The notes below the pieces were generated by a model. It was not told the origin of the DNA, did no database searches, and worked only from the letters and a program-made list of their open reading frames with translations. From positions 62,001 to 126,000 of the IMG/VR virus record IMGVR_UViG_3300036766_002289: DNA of 64,000 bases, one strand, 5' to 3'. Made by a program: the position numbers and the translations under genes. This document shows, piece by piece, positions 54,993-64,000 of this stretch; the stretch's first letter is position 1; each line of letters opens with the position of its first letter.

Positions 54993-56837
54993 ATGACTTT
55001 GGGATGTGAACAATTTGCAAATGATGCAGTAACCACGTTATCGGTTGCTGTTACACTAACAGATACGACTATTACAGTCACATCTGCTTCGGGATTCCCT
55101 ACTTATCCATTTCGGATTATGATTGATAACGAAATTATGATGGTTACGCTTGTTGTAGGACTAGTTTTTACTGTAACAAGAGGTATTGAAGAAACAACTA
55201 TAGAGACTCACGACATTAATACCACAGTAGGTCAAGTCCTAACTAATGGTGGCCTTTGTGCGTTTAGTGAGTGTAGATTTGCCACTGGCACAAGAGCAAA
55301 TCTACCAAGCCCCGAACTTGAAGGTAGACTTTATTTAACTCAATCTCCAGGTTGGTATCTCTTCAGGGAAAATGGCGCAGCGTGGCGTGCCTGGGGACCA
55401 ATTTTCCAACTATCTGAAGGATTAGACCCACAAAATAGCATTTGGAGTTGGATTAATGAAGACGACGGCGTGAATCCAAATCCTGGTTTGACAAATTTGT
55501 TTGGAGATTTAGTTTTCTCCGTTGCCCCTAATGTCGGTGCTGGCGAAAATGTAAGGCTATTCACAGAGAACGTTAATGCATCAACTCCTTATCCCCTTGA
55601 AAGTTCTGAACCATACGACATTTGCAGCGGACCTGATGGCAATTTGTGGGTCACTGATCTTGAAGGATTTGTGTGGAAAGTCACAACTGGCGGTGTAGCA
55701 ACAGCTTATGCCTTATCAGGGGCAGAACCATATGGGATTGCAAGTGGCCCTGATGGCAATTTGTGGGTAGCCGATCTTAATGGTTTTGTCTGGAAGGTTA
55801 CGACAGGTGGGGTAGGAACAGCTTATCCTTTAGTAGGGGCTACACCATACGATATTTGTACTAATCCAGATGGTAATTTATGGGTTACAGATACAAATGG
55901 CAAGGTATGGAAGGTAACAACAGGTGGTGCAGGAACGTCTTATACATTAACAGCTTCAGAACCGCAAGGCATTTGTACTGGTTTTGATAATAATTTATGG
56001 GTAGCCGATCTTAATGGATTTGTCTGGAAGGTTACGACAGGTGGAGTAGGAACATCCTATGCTTTAACTAATTCTTCTCCTGAAGACATTTGTAGTGGTT
56101 CGGATAATAACCTATGGGTTACAGACATGAATGGTTTTGTCTGGAAGGTCACGACAGGTGGTGCAACAACATCTTATACATTATCGGGGGCAGAACCATA
56201 TGATATTGCTAGTGGTGCAGATAGTAATTTATGGGCAACGGACCTTAATGGCTTTTTATGGAAAATAACGACAGGTGGCACTCCTACGAAATACAACACA
56301 ATTGCTGGTTCAGAACCATATGGTATCTGCAATGGGCCTGACAGTAACTTATGGATTGCGGATGCTGTAGGATTTGTGTGGAAAGCAACAAATACACAAG
56401 CCTTCGTGCCTTATACTGTAACTGTTGCGTTTACTCCGTTTTTATCACCTGTAGATCAGACATATTGTGGCGTAGTTTTCAGAGATAGTGCTACCGATAA
56501 ATTTGTATTCTATAAGATAATGTATGACACAACGAGTATTACTAAAAGGGATTTGGTAATATCCTTGGACAAATACACTAATTCAACCAGCTTGAGTGCT
56601 AATTATAAAACTTTGAGTGCTGGCACGTTGGTTTCACCAATGGTGTGGTTTAAGATAAATGATGATGGGGCTAATTTGAATTGGTATTTTTCTAATGACG
56701 GGTTTAATTTTATGTTATTTGACAGTCATACAAGAACGGATTTCCTGGCTAATCCTGATGAAGTAGGCATTGCTTTCGGAACTAATAATGCAACGGGTGG
56801 TGCTGGAATGAATTTACACTCTTGGCTAAAGGTATAA
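54993..56837 (+). CDS. structural protein: phage beta-domain plus ConA-like domain with inserted Vgb-type propeller
   Basis: FANDAVTTL..TVTRG; about 7 PYDICSGPDGNLWVTD repeats. Confidence 0.8.
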   Translation: MTLGCEQFANDAVTTLSVAVTLTDTTITVTSASGFPTYPFRIMIDNEIMMVTLVVGLVFTVTRGIEETTIETHDINTTVGQVLTNGGLCAFSECRFATGTRANLPSPELEGRLYLTQSPGWYLFRENGAAWRAWGPIFQLSEGLDPQNSIWSWINEDDGVNPNPGLTNLFGDLVFSVAPNVGAGENVRLFTENVNASTPYPLESSEPYDICSGPDGNLWVTDLEGFVWKVTTGGVATAYALSGAEPYGIASGPDGNLWVADLNGFVWKVTTGGVGTAYPLVGATPYDICTNPDGNLWVTDTNGKVWKVTTGGAGTSYTLTASEPQGICTGFDNNLWVADLNGFVWKVTTGGVGTSYALTNSSPEDICSGSDNNLWVTDMNGFVWKVTTGGATTSYTLSGAEPYDIASGADSNLWATDLNGFLWKITTGGTPTKYNTIAGSEPYGICNGPDSNLWIADAVGFVWKATNTQAFVPYTVTVAFTPFLSPVDQTYCGVVFRDSATDKFVFYKIMYDTTSITKRDLVISLDKYTNSTSLSANYKTLSAGTLVSPMVWFKINDDGANLNWYFSNDGFNFMLFDSHTRTDFLANPDEVGIAFGTNNATGGAGMNLHSWLKV

Positions 56838-56838
56838 A

Positions 56839-57846
56839 ATGGCGTTTACTGAATATTTTGCTAATAATGCTGTGACTACTCTTGCCGCACCTGTGGCGGC
56901 TATAGATTTGACGATAACAGTCGTTGCATCATTTAGTCCATTTCCAGCTAGTTTCCCTTATAGAATAAGGATTGGCGTTGAATATATGTTGGTTACGAAT
57001 GCCGTAGGGCTGCTTTGGACGGTAACAAGGGGCGAAGAAGGTTCGACGCCAGCAGCATATGACACAGGTGATGAAGTTGCTAACGTGTTCACAGTTGAGA
57101 GTCTAATAAATTCCGCATATATGTATTGCCGTGCAGGAACAAGAGCGGCATTGCCTGTTACTGACCCATCTTTAGAAGGTAGATTTTATTTCCAAGATGA
57201 TCCAGGTATTTACATCAAGAGAGATGATGGAACGGGTTGGACTTCTTATGGGACATTATTCGAGTTATTTGAACCAAATGAAACGGGATTTAGTTGGGTA
57301 AATCAACAAACTGCTACGACGACAACTACTCAAGGCGGGGTTGTTTTAAGTAGTGCCGCACCTGCTGGTGCAGGTGATAATATCAACATTAGAGTTAAAA
57401 CATCCCCAGGAACGCCTTATACAGTTAAAGCAGCATTTATACCTTTATTGTATCCAGTGAATCAAACTAGTGTAGGGTTTATTTTTAGAGAAAGCGGCAC
57501 AAGCAAGATCATATTCTTCAGATTAATGTTTGATAATACAACGACGACCAAGACAGACTTGGTATTATCTGTAGATAAGTATACTAATCCTACAACTCTG
57601 TCTGCAAATTATAAGGTTGCCAGTGCTAATATATTCAAATCTCCGTTAATTTGGTTTAGTGTTACTGATAATGGTACTGACTTAATCTTTAGTTACTCAA
57701 ATAACGACATTGATTACACTAGTTTCTTTACTTCTGCTAGAAATAACTTCTTTACAACTGGCCCAAATCAGGTGGGGTATGCCATAAATAGTAACACAAC
57801 CAGTGGTAATGCAATCATGACGCTATTATCATGGAAAGAATCTTAA
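56839..57846 (+). CDS. structural protein, paralog of 54993..56837 without the propeller
   Basis: FANNAVTTL..; PVNQTSVGFIFRES..LSVDKYTNPT. Confidence 0.8.
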   Translation: MAFTEYFANNAVTTLAAPVAAIDLTITVVASFSPFPASFPYRIRIGVEYMLVTNAVGLLWTVTRGEEGSTPAAYDTGDEVANVFTVESLINSAYMYCRAGTRAALPVTDPSLEGRFYFQDDPGIYIKRDDGTGWTSYGTLFELFEPNETGFSWVNQQTATTTTTQGGVVLSSAAPAGAGDNINIRVKTSPGTPYTVKAAFIPLLYPVNQTSVGFIFRESGTSKIIFFRLMFDNTTTTKTDLVLSVDKYTNPTTLSANYKVASANIFKSPLIWFSVTDNGTDLIFSYSNNDIDYTSFFTSARNNFFTTGPNQVGYAINSNTTSGNAIMTLLSWKES

Positions 57847-57865
57847 AAATTAAGGTAAATATATT

Positions 57866-59173
57866 ATGGCTCTATGTCCAAGTTCCGCCGATCCTGTTGT
57901 TACCGCCAATGACGTATTGGACTTATATACATCTATAACGTTAGATGGTGATTATACCGTTGCTGGATGTGGCACTAGGAATAACGGCACTGGCACCATC
58001 AATGTCAAGGATATACCGCCTGGCACCACTATTGACAGTGCCTATTTTATATACAATACGTATGTGTCCAATAATATAGATACCCCAACTGTTTTGCTCA
58101 ATGGCAGTGATGCTTCTGGAGTTTTGTATGGCATATGTGGGTCTACTTGCTGGGTTAATCCAGGGCCAGAATTAACCACTTATTTAAGAAATAGAGTTTA
58201 CATTGAAGATGTTGGTCCTTCTGGTTTAGATTTGATTAATGGTAATGGTAAATATACTGTAAGTGACTTGCCAACTGACCCATCCATGCGTATTGGTACA
58301 GATGGGGATAGGGTACCTGGCTGTTCGTGTAGTCAAGGGGCGGTATTGGTTATTGTTTGGAAGTGGAACGATGATGCTGGTCCACTTCCTGGAACACCTG
58401 AAAGGGAAAGAAAGGTGCAAATACATGTTGGAGCAAAACTAATTGCTACACCAACAGGAATTTGGGGCGGTTCTACCGATTACGCATACAATTTTGATCC
58501 TGGTAATTATAAAGGAAACTCAAAGATAGTGTTGGCAGCAGGGGATACGCAAAATTCTATTATTGGTGATAGTATTGAACTTAATGGAGTGCGACTTGCG
58601 CCACCTAATAACGCATTTATAAAAACTGGTAAGAGTATATCGGTTAGAAACCTCAGTGCCGTCAATTTGTATAGTGGAGCTAGTAATAATCTTGCTTATG
58701 TCAAGACAACTAACGATTGTATTTGTTGGTTTTTATTTGTAATTTCTGGGGACCAAACTTCGCCTGCTTCAAGATTTCAACCTGTGAGTTGTGCTGCGCA
58801 ATTATTAGACGACTCTATAACTGCTGGCGATCTTACTCTTAATATTCATTCAAATCTAAATGAAGTCCCCCCTTGGACGGCCGATGGGGATATTCCTAAT
58901 TGCTATGCAGTAGTGGGGGGTGGTTTCCCACCACCACCTTTTTACGTAAGTATTGATAAAGAGATAATAGAAGTTACTGGCAAAGGTGGAGCTAATCCAC
59001 AAGACCAAACGACTTGGACGATTGTTAGAGCACAAGGCGGAACAACAGCTGCTTCTCATGCAATTAAGTCGTGTGTAAGAATGGCAATGCCGATACAGTC
59101 TAAGCAGGCAATGCAAGCAGCACTGAATCAAAGAAGACAGGCTTCGCAAAGACCGCAGCCTGGACAAGTTTAA
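57866..59173 (+). CDS. Cys-rich putative structural protein (DUF3344-like beta-domain plus C-terminal phage domain)
   Basis: AGCGTR..AYFIYN..TCW..NRVY..QGAVLV..AGDTQ..DCICWFLF. Confidence 0.65.
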   Translation: MALCPSSADPVVTANDVLDLYTSITLDGDYTVAGCGTRNNGTGTINVKDIPPGTTIDSAYFIYNTYVSNNIDTPTVLLNGSDASGVLYGICGSTCWVNPGPELTTYLRNRVYIEDVGPSGLDLINGNGKYTVSDLPTDPSMRIGTDGDRVPGCSCSQGAVLVIVWKWNDDAGPLPGTPERERKVQIHVGAKLIATPTGIWGGSTDYAYNFDPGNYKGNSKIVLAAGDTQNSIIGDSIELNGVRLAPPNNAFIKTGKSISVRNLSAVNLYSGASNNLAYVKTTNDCICWFLFVISGDQTSPASRFQPVSCAAQLLDDSITAGDLTLNIHSNLNEVPPWTADGDIPNCYAVVGGGFPPPPFYVSIDKEIIEVTGKGGANPQDQTTWTIVRAQGGTTAASHAIKSCVRMAMPIQSKQAMQAALNQRRQASQRPQPGQV

Positions 59174-59186
59174 TAAGGGATGATAA

Positions 59187-59870
59187 ATGAGTAGTATAAT
59201 AAGTGGAAGAATATTTACAGATGCATTTCCTGGTTGGTCCTGGTCGAGAGACGATGGTTCAGCGTGGACAAAATGGGGTCATTTTAATGAACTTAATGAG
59301 CCAGATCAAAGTTTATTCGCTTGGGTAAATCAGAGTTCTGCAACTTTTTCAACAACTTATGGCCCAACGGTTCTTAAAACACCTGCGCCAGGTGGGGCAG
59401 GAGAAAATGTAAACCTTCGTGTGCTAACTGCTGTTGCAACACCATATAGTCTAATTGCAGGGTTTTTACCGCAAATTGACCCCACAAACCAGACTAGTTG
59501 TGGGGTTGTTTTTAGAGAAAGTTCTACTGGAAAGTTTATATTTTTTAGATTGATGTTTGACACAACTTCGTCCATTACTAAGAGCGATATTGTGTTTTCA
59601 GTGGACAAATATACAAATCCAACTACTTTTAGTAGTAATTATGCTGTTGAAAGTGCTGGATTTTTGAAAGGGTCCATAATTTGGTTAAAAATGACTGATG
59701 ACGGAATTAATTTAACTTGGTCATATTCTAACGATGGGCAGAATTACATAGATATTACAAGTCAAAGTAGAACTAATTTTCTTGCTTCTGGTCCAAATCA
59801 GGTGGGGTTTGCCATAAATAGTAATACGACTAGCGGAGCGGCTGGGATGACTTTGCTATCTTGGGATTAA
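59187..59870 (+). CDS. ConA-like domain protein, third paralog
   Basis: PTNQTSCGVVFRES..SVDKYTNPT..GPNQVGFAINSN. Confidence 0.78.
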   Translation: MSSIISGRIFTDAFPGWSWSRDDGSAWTKWGHFNELNEPDQSLFAWVNQSSATFSTTYGPTVLKTPAPGGAGENVNLRVLTAVATPYSLIAGFLPQIDPTNQTSCGVVFRESSTGKFIFFRLMFDTTSSITKSDIVFSVDKYTNPTTFSSNYAVESAGFLKGSIIWLKMTDDGINLTWSYSNDGQNYIDITSQSRTNFLASGPNQVGFAINSNTTSGAAGMTLLSWD

Positions 59871-59877
59871 GGAGATA

Positions 59878-61938
59878 ATGGCAGCGATATTAGATTTAAG
59901 TGGGACTCCAGGCTGTCCTAATTGCAAGCCTGGAACTTTTCAACAAGGCTTGTTAGACGATACGCCTTGTTGCACCCCATCAGGCACACCACCAGATATT
60001 GCTCTTTATAACAATTTATTTCCATTTTTCGATACAACTGGCGACCTTAATTTCTACTTAGCAGGTGTTGGCACAAGAGATACGGATACTAACACTAATG
60101 TTGTCAATATTATTGTGCCAGACTTTACAGGATTTTCACCAGCAGGTGTAGCCGTAGTAGACGCTTATTTGTATTGGAATATACTTGCAGCAGATGCTGT
60201 TACAGCAGATACAGTCATCTTTGACGGCAATGGTCCATTTACTGGTTTACTTGTTGGTTGGTGTAATGATACTTGTTGGTTAGCACAGAATGATGGTTCA
60301 AATAGCGACGGCGCAACCCCTCCCCAATGTATATTCAACAGAGTTTATCGTTATAATGTATCTGCTTTTGTACCTATTACTGGCGGAACTTTTAGAGTAG
60401 AACTCCCTGGAATAAGTACTTTGTTCCCTTCAATAGCCACAAACGGTTCTGATACCCCTGCTTATCCTGGCTGTAATGGAAGTCAAGGTTTCGCATTGTT
60501 AGTTACCTATACTGATGGTGTGACAAGAAGAATTATAGCTTATGACGGCGCGGCTTTAGTTACAAATCCTGGTCACGGTTTCGGTGGATATGGTACTTAT
60601 TCAGTGACGATTGATCCAGGTAATTTCAATAAGAATGCTGTTATTGCAAACGCAGCTGGTGATACGCAAACTGAGTATTCTGATAGTTTGAAATGGAATG
60701 GATCGCCATTCCCAGGCAACGGATTTGGTAGTTATTTTAATCCTAATGCTGGCAATCTGTTATTTACTGGTGCAGGTGCTGGAGCGGACCAAAAAGAACC
60801 TGTAACCGCAGTTAGTGGCTATCCTACCATAAAAAACTGTCCTAATACGGCAACGATTGATATTACTGCGGGAGTTGAATGCTTAGATTGGTTCTTATTT
60901 GTATATGCAGCAGAAGATGATGTATGTTGTGTGCAGGACACTAATCCTGTTGCACCTTACGACCAAATGAGCCTGTACCAGAACATAGTCGCAAATGCTG
61001 ATTTCGTTCTTGAAGGTGTGGGCACAAGAAACATTGATATGGCTGGAGTAGGCACGACTATTAATATCAACGTGCCAGGAACTACTGTAATAAAGGCTTG
61101 GGTATATTGGAACGTATTTGCAGACAACACTAATTTAGCTACTTTTAATAAGATAAACTTTAAGGGTGCTGGAGATGTTGTTGGAACCTTTATTGGTTGG
61201 GGAGATAACACATGTTGGAGCGTTTGTGATCCAGGAGATGGTAGTAATACTGTTTGTGATACTGTTGGCGGGTATAATGAAATTAACAAGATTAAAAACA
61301 GAGTGTATAGACTTGATGTAACAGCACAAGTTACGACTGGCATGAATCCTTATACAGTTAAATTACCTGGGGCAATTTTGGACCCTGGCATTTGTACTGC
61401 TTGTCCAGATGGAACAACTCATTATCCTGGTTGTGCAGGTACGCAAGGCGTAGCTTTGTTTGTGATATATGATGACCCGATTGAAAGAAACATTCTTCTA
61501 TATGATGGTTGTGCGGTCGTAATTCCAGACGATTTCCCGCCTTTTACCCTTCAGACTCCAGGTCCAATTGTGCCAAGTTATTCAATTGGTTTCGATACAA
61601 TATATTATTTAAATGCCAAGATAGCTCTTGCAGTGGGAGACTCGCAAAACAATCCAGCTGTTGATAAACTTATTTTCAATCATGTTGACTTGCAGACGAT
61701 TCCAAATCATTTCACACCTGACAGCGGAGCGTTATTGTCTGCAAATACTATTGATCCTGTAAAAGCCTTCCCTGGCCCATGTTGTGGTAAATTTGGCAAT
61801 ACTGTAACGGTTTCTACAACGAGTGACTGTCTTAGTTGGTTCTTGTTTGCATACAGTGCAGAGAAATGTACGCCAAATTTGGCAACGAATTGCTCTATAG
61901 CTACGGTGCAAAATAATAATCAGCACTTCAGAAGTTAA
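59878..61938 (+). CDS. Cys-rich protein with two tandem copies of the 57866 domain
   Basis: GVGTR..AYLYWN..TCW..NRVYR..YPGC..QG occurs twice. Confidence 0.7.
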   Translation: MAAILDLSGTPGCPNCKPGTFQQGLLDDTPCCTPSGTPPDIALYNNLFPFFDTTGDLNFYLAGVGTRDTDTNTNVVNIIVPDFTGFSPAGVAVVDAYLYWNILAADAVTADTVIFDGNGPFTGLLVGWCNDTCWLAQNDGSNSDGATPPQCIFNRVYRYNVSAFVPITGGTFRVELPGISTLFPSIATNGSDTPAYPGCNGSQGFALLVTYTDGVTRRIIAYDGAALVTNPGHGFGGYGTYSVTIDPGNFNKNAVIANAAGDTQTEYSDSLKWNGSPFPGNGFGSYFNPNAGNLLFTGAGAGADQKEPVTAVSGYPTIKNCPNTATIDITAGVECLDWFLFVYAAEDDVCCVQDTNPVAPYDQMSLYQNIVANADFVLEGVGTRNIDMAGVGTTININVPGTTVIKAWVYWNVFADNTNLATFNKINFKGAGDVVGTFIGWGDNTCWSVCDPGDGSNTVCDTVGGYNEINKIKNRVYRLDVTAQVTTGMNPYTVKLPGAILDPGICTACPDGTTHYPGCAGTQGVALFVIYDDPIERNILLYDGCAVVIPDDFPPFTLQTPGPIVPSYSIGFDTIYYLNAKIALAVGDSQNNPAVDKLIFNHVDLQTIPNHFTPDSGALLSANTIDPVKAFPGPCCGKFGNTVTVSTTSDCLSWFLFAYSAEKCTPNLATNCSIATVQNNNQHFRS

Positions 61939-62633
61939 TTGTGTTTCAGGGATTCTTCGGTAATGCCAATTAATATGTTTTGTAGAGGTGGTTTCATATA
62001 GCGTGACATTGAAAACCCTTCAGCAATAACTAATTGACTACTTGCACAACCCATAAATACTTTTGATTTTGCAATCCAGGCGGTAGTTTCCAAGAAGTCT
62101 AATCCAGTTTTATCAATGCCTATATCCCCAACATAATCGCCTTTAGCCCCAATTTGTACTATGTTAACTTTACTTGGGCCATTATCTAAATCCTTAATTA
62201 AAGGAGTCCAGAAATCTTCACCTCTTGGGGCAACAATGATATATTCTTTATCTAATGTAGCCATATCTTCATATTCATAATATACCTTTTGATTCATTGG
62301 TATATCTAAACTTTTACATATATGATCGGGAATATACATTTGTGGCACTTCGCGTATCCCTGCTTGATAGACCGCTTCATATTCGTTTTCATTTGGAACT
62401 GGTAAGTACCAGGGTTGGATGCCTAATCCCATATGATCCATTACATAGTCTTCGTTAATAAGAAATTGGTCAATACAGGATTGATATTCCATGAGTCTTT
62501 TTAGGGGGCGACAATATTCGCTGGTCCAGAAGTCCGCAACTGCATTATGTTTTTTGCATAGCCAGCGTACAGCTGTTAGGCAATACAAAACGTCTCCCAT
62601 TTTTCCTGGCATTGCTACTGCTATCTTGTTCAT
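61935..62633 (-). CDS. GT9 (heptosyltransferase-like) glycosyltransferase
   Basis: PGKMGDVL..IVQIG..LDFLETTAWIAKSKVFMG..SS. Confidence 0.75.
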   Translation of the reverse strand: MNKIAVAMPGKMGDVLYCLTAVRWLCKKHNAVADFWTSEYCRPLKRLMEYQSCIDQFLINEDYVMDHMGLGIQPWYLPVPNENEYEAVYQAGIREVPQMYIPDHICKSLDIPMNQKVYYEYEDMATLDKEYIIVAPRGEDFWTPLIKDLDNGPSKVNIVQIGAKGDYVGDIGIDKTGLDFLETTAWIAKSKVFMGCASSQLVIAEGFSMSRYMKPPLQNILIGITEESLKHN

Positions 62634-62654
62634 GCAGTTATTATAGAATAATGA

Positions 62655-63287
62655 CTAAATTTTTAAGATAAAAGAATCTTGATTATACACAACCCGCTCT
62701 ATTGCTGCCCATTTAGGATTATTTTCATAGATAGTTTTGATTTCTTCAGTGGTGAAGTGGGCAAGTGGGTCTTTATTATAATTATTTAATGATGTTTTTG
62801 TTTTAGTAAATTTAATAATTTGTTCATCAATAGAATAAAATTTGTTTACTAAATTTAAAAAATCGGATTGAATGTTTTCGCACCTTAACCAATAATCAAT
62901 ATTGAAGTTAGCTACATAATAGTCGATCATCCAATCTCCTAAAGTAGAAAGAGTTTCTGGTTGATTCTGGACTGAATAAGGTGGTGGTAAATATAATTTG
63001 TAGTTTTTATCAAAATAAGCTGCCTTATCTGGGACCGTTGAAATACCACCAGTGAATAAATGATGATAAATAAAACTTAAAATAAAATTTGGTAGTCTTC
63101 TAATATTAAGAATAAGTTTTTTATCTTTAATTAGGTCTATTCTTTCCGAAAATGGAGCATGTTTGTTATTATCATCAGGGTCAGCAAATATAATTTTATC
63201 AGGAATGGAATTTATAAAAAATGCACTGGTTGCATCACCAGCAGTTTTGGGCATATGTCCCCATGAAAAATCATCTGTAACAATCAT
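62655..63287 (-). CDS. sulfotransferase-like protein
   Basis: HMPKTAG (5'-PSB-like); IRRLP..LS; R.E.IQSDF. Confidence 0.65.
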   Translation of the reverse strand: MIVTDDFSWGHMPKTAGDATSAFFINSIPDKIIFADPDDNNKHAPFSERIDLIKDKKLILNIRRLPNFILSFIYHHLFTGGISTVPDKAAYFDKNYKLYLPPPYSVQNQPETLSTLGDWMIDYYVANFNIDYWLRCENIQSDFLNLVNKFYSIDEQIIKFTKTKTSLNNYNKDPLAHFTTEEIKTIYENNPKWAAIERVVYNQDSFILKI

Positions 63288-63295
63288 TGTATATA

Positions 63296-63420
63296 TCTAT
63301 CTATAGCTGCGTTAGCTATATAATCAATCTATTTCTGGTCATGCTCAAGATTTTATATAACCATAACTCACTTTTTCCCTGGCATTGCTACTGCTATCTT
63401 GTTCATGTAAATATTATAGA
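63296..63420 (-). pseudogene. chimeric remnant: GT9 N-terminus duplicate plus inverted FkbM fragment
   Basis: 30-nt exact repeat of 62605-62634; 17-nt exact inverted repeat of 63950-63966. Confidence 0.6.
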
Positions 63421-63439
63421 AAGTTGAATACATATTTTT

Positions 63440-64000
63440 ATGGAATATGTAACAGAAGGTGCCCCTGAGTATGCAATGACCTTATTTCCCCCAGGTTTTA
63501 AAGGTGTATGCGTCGATGTAGGTGCCTATGACTCTAAATGGATTAATAATACATGGATTTTTGAGAAAGCTGGCTGGGAGACGTATTGTATTGAACCTAA
63601 TCCCAAATGTATTCCAACCCTTAAAAAAGAAAGAAAAAATGTATTAGAATATGCTTGTGGTGCTGCCAATCAAGACGATGTTGATTTCTTTGTTTATACA
63701 GTTGAAACTGTAGGAGAAGCTGCTGGCAGTGGTTTAATTGACCACTGTGCTGGGCCTCAAGGCGAATATCACAAAACAATCTTCACTAGAAAAGAAAAAG
63801 TTAAAGTTAGAACTCTGGATTGGCTGATGGAAAATGAAATCAAGCAAGACCACGTTGACTATGTTTCTATTGACGTAGAAAGAAACGAAATGAATGTCTT
63901 AAGGGGGTTTGACCTTGCTAGATGGAAGGTTAATGTAGTTCTTATTGAGAATCTTGAGCATGACCAAGAACAGCGTGATTATATGGTTGAAGCTGGCTAT
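63440..64000 (+). CDS. FkbM-family methyltransferase (runs off the window)
   Basis: Read manually: VDVGAYD..NNTWIFE..GW..IEPNP..VSIDVERNEMNVLRG. Confidence 0.85.
   Translation, partial: MEYVTEGAPEYAMTLFPPGFKGVCVDVGAYDSKWINNTWIFEKAGWETYCIEPNPKCIPTLKKERKNVLEYACGAANQDDVDFFVYTVETVGEAAGSGLIDHCAGPQGEYHKTIFTRKEKVKVRTLDWLMENEIKQDHVDYVSIDVERNEMNVLRGFDLARWKVNVVLIENLEHDQEQRDYMVEAGY

Noticed and set aside
1-64000. Stop-codon recoding (TAG or TGA)
   Set aside because: Known genes are full length in code 11, all three stops terminate genes, and no suppressor tRNA was seen.

Overview
AT-rich, gene-dense segment of a large, T4-related (huge/jumbo) tailed phage genome read in the standard genetic code. The long-insert acyl carrier protein suggests a Planctomycete host (inference). 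1-21 kb: many small hypothetical ORFs interleaved with dispersed tRNAs, several atypical, plus host-like genes (acpP, map, purC, pth2, NADAR, DNA methylase). 21.6-47.3 kb: a putative virion-surface module with two giant Ser-Gly-saturated fibre proteins, six paralogous WD40-like beta-propellers and a glycosyltransferase/methyltransferase cluster. 47.4-54.9 kb: mostly minus-strand genes with free-standing homing endonucleases. Its non-coding gap at 52201-52451 folds as a compact RNase P RNA, the strongest unexpected find. 55-64 kb: lectin-like, Vgb-propeller and Cys-rich structural proteins, then a GT9/sulfotransferase/FkbM cluster. All calls come from manual motif and base-pairing inspection; no database searches were run.
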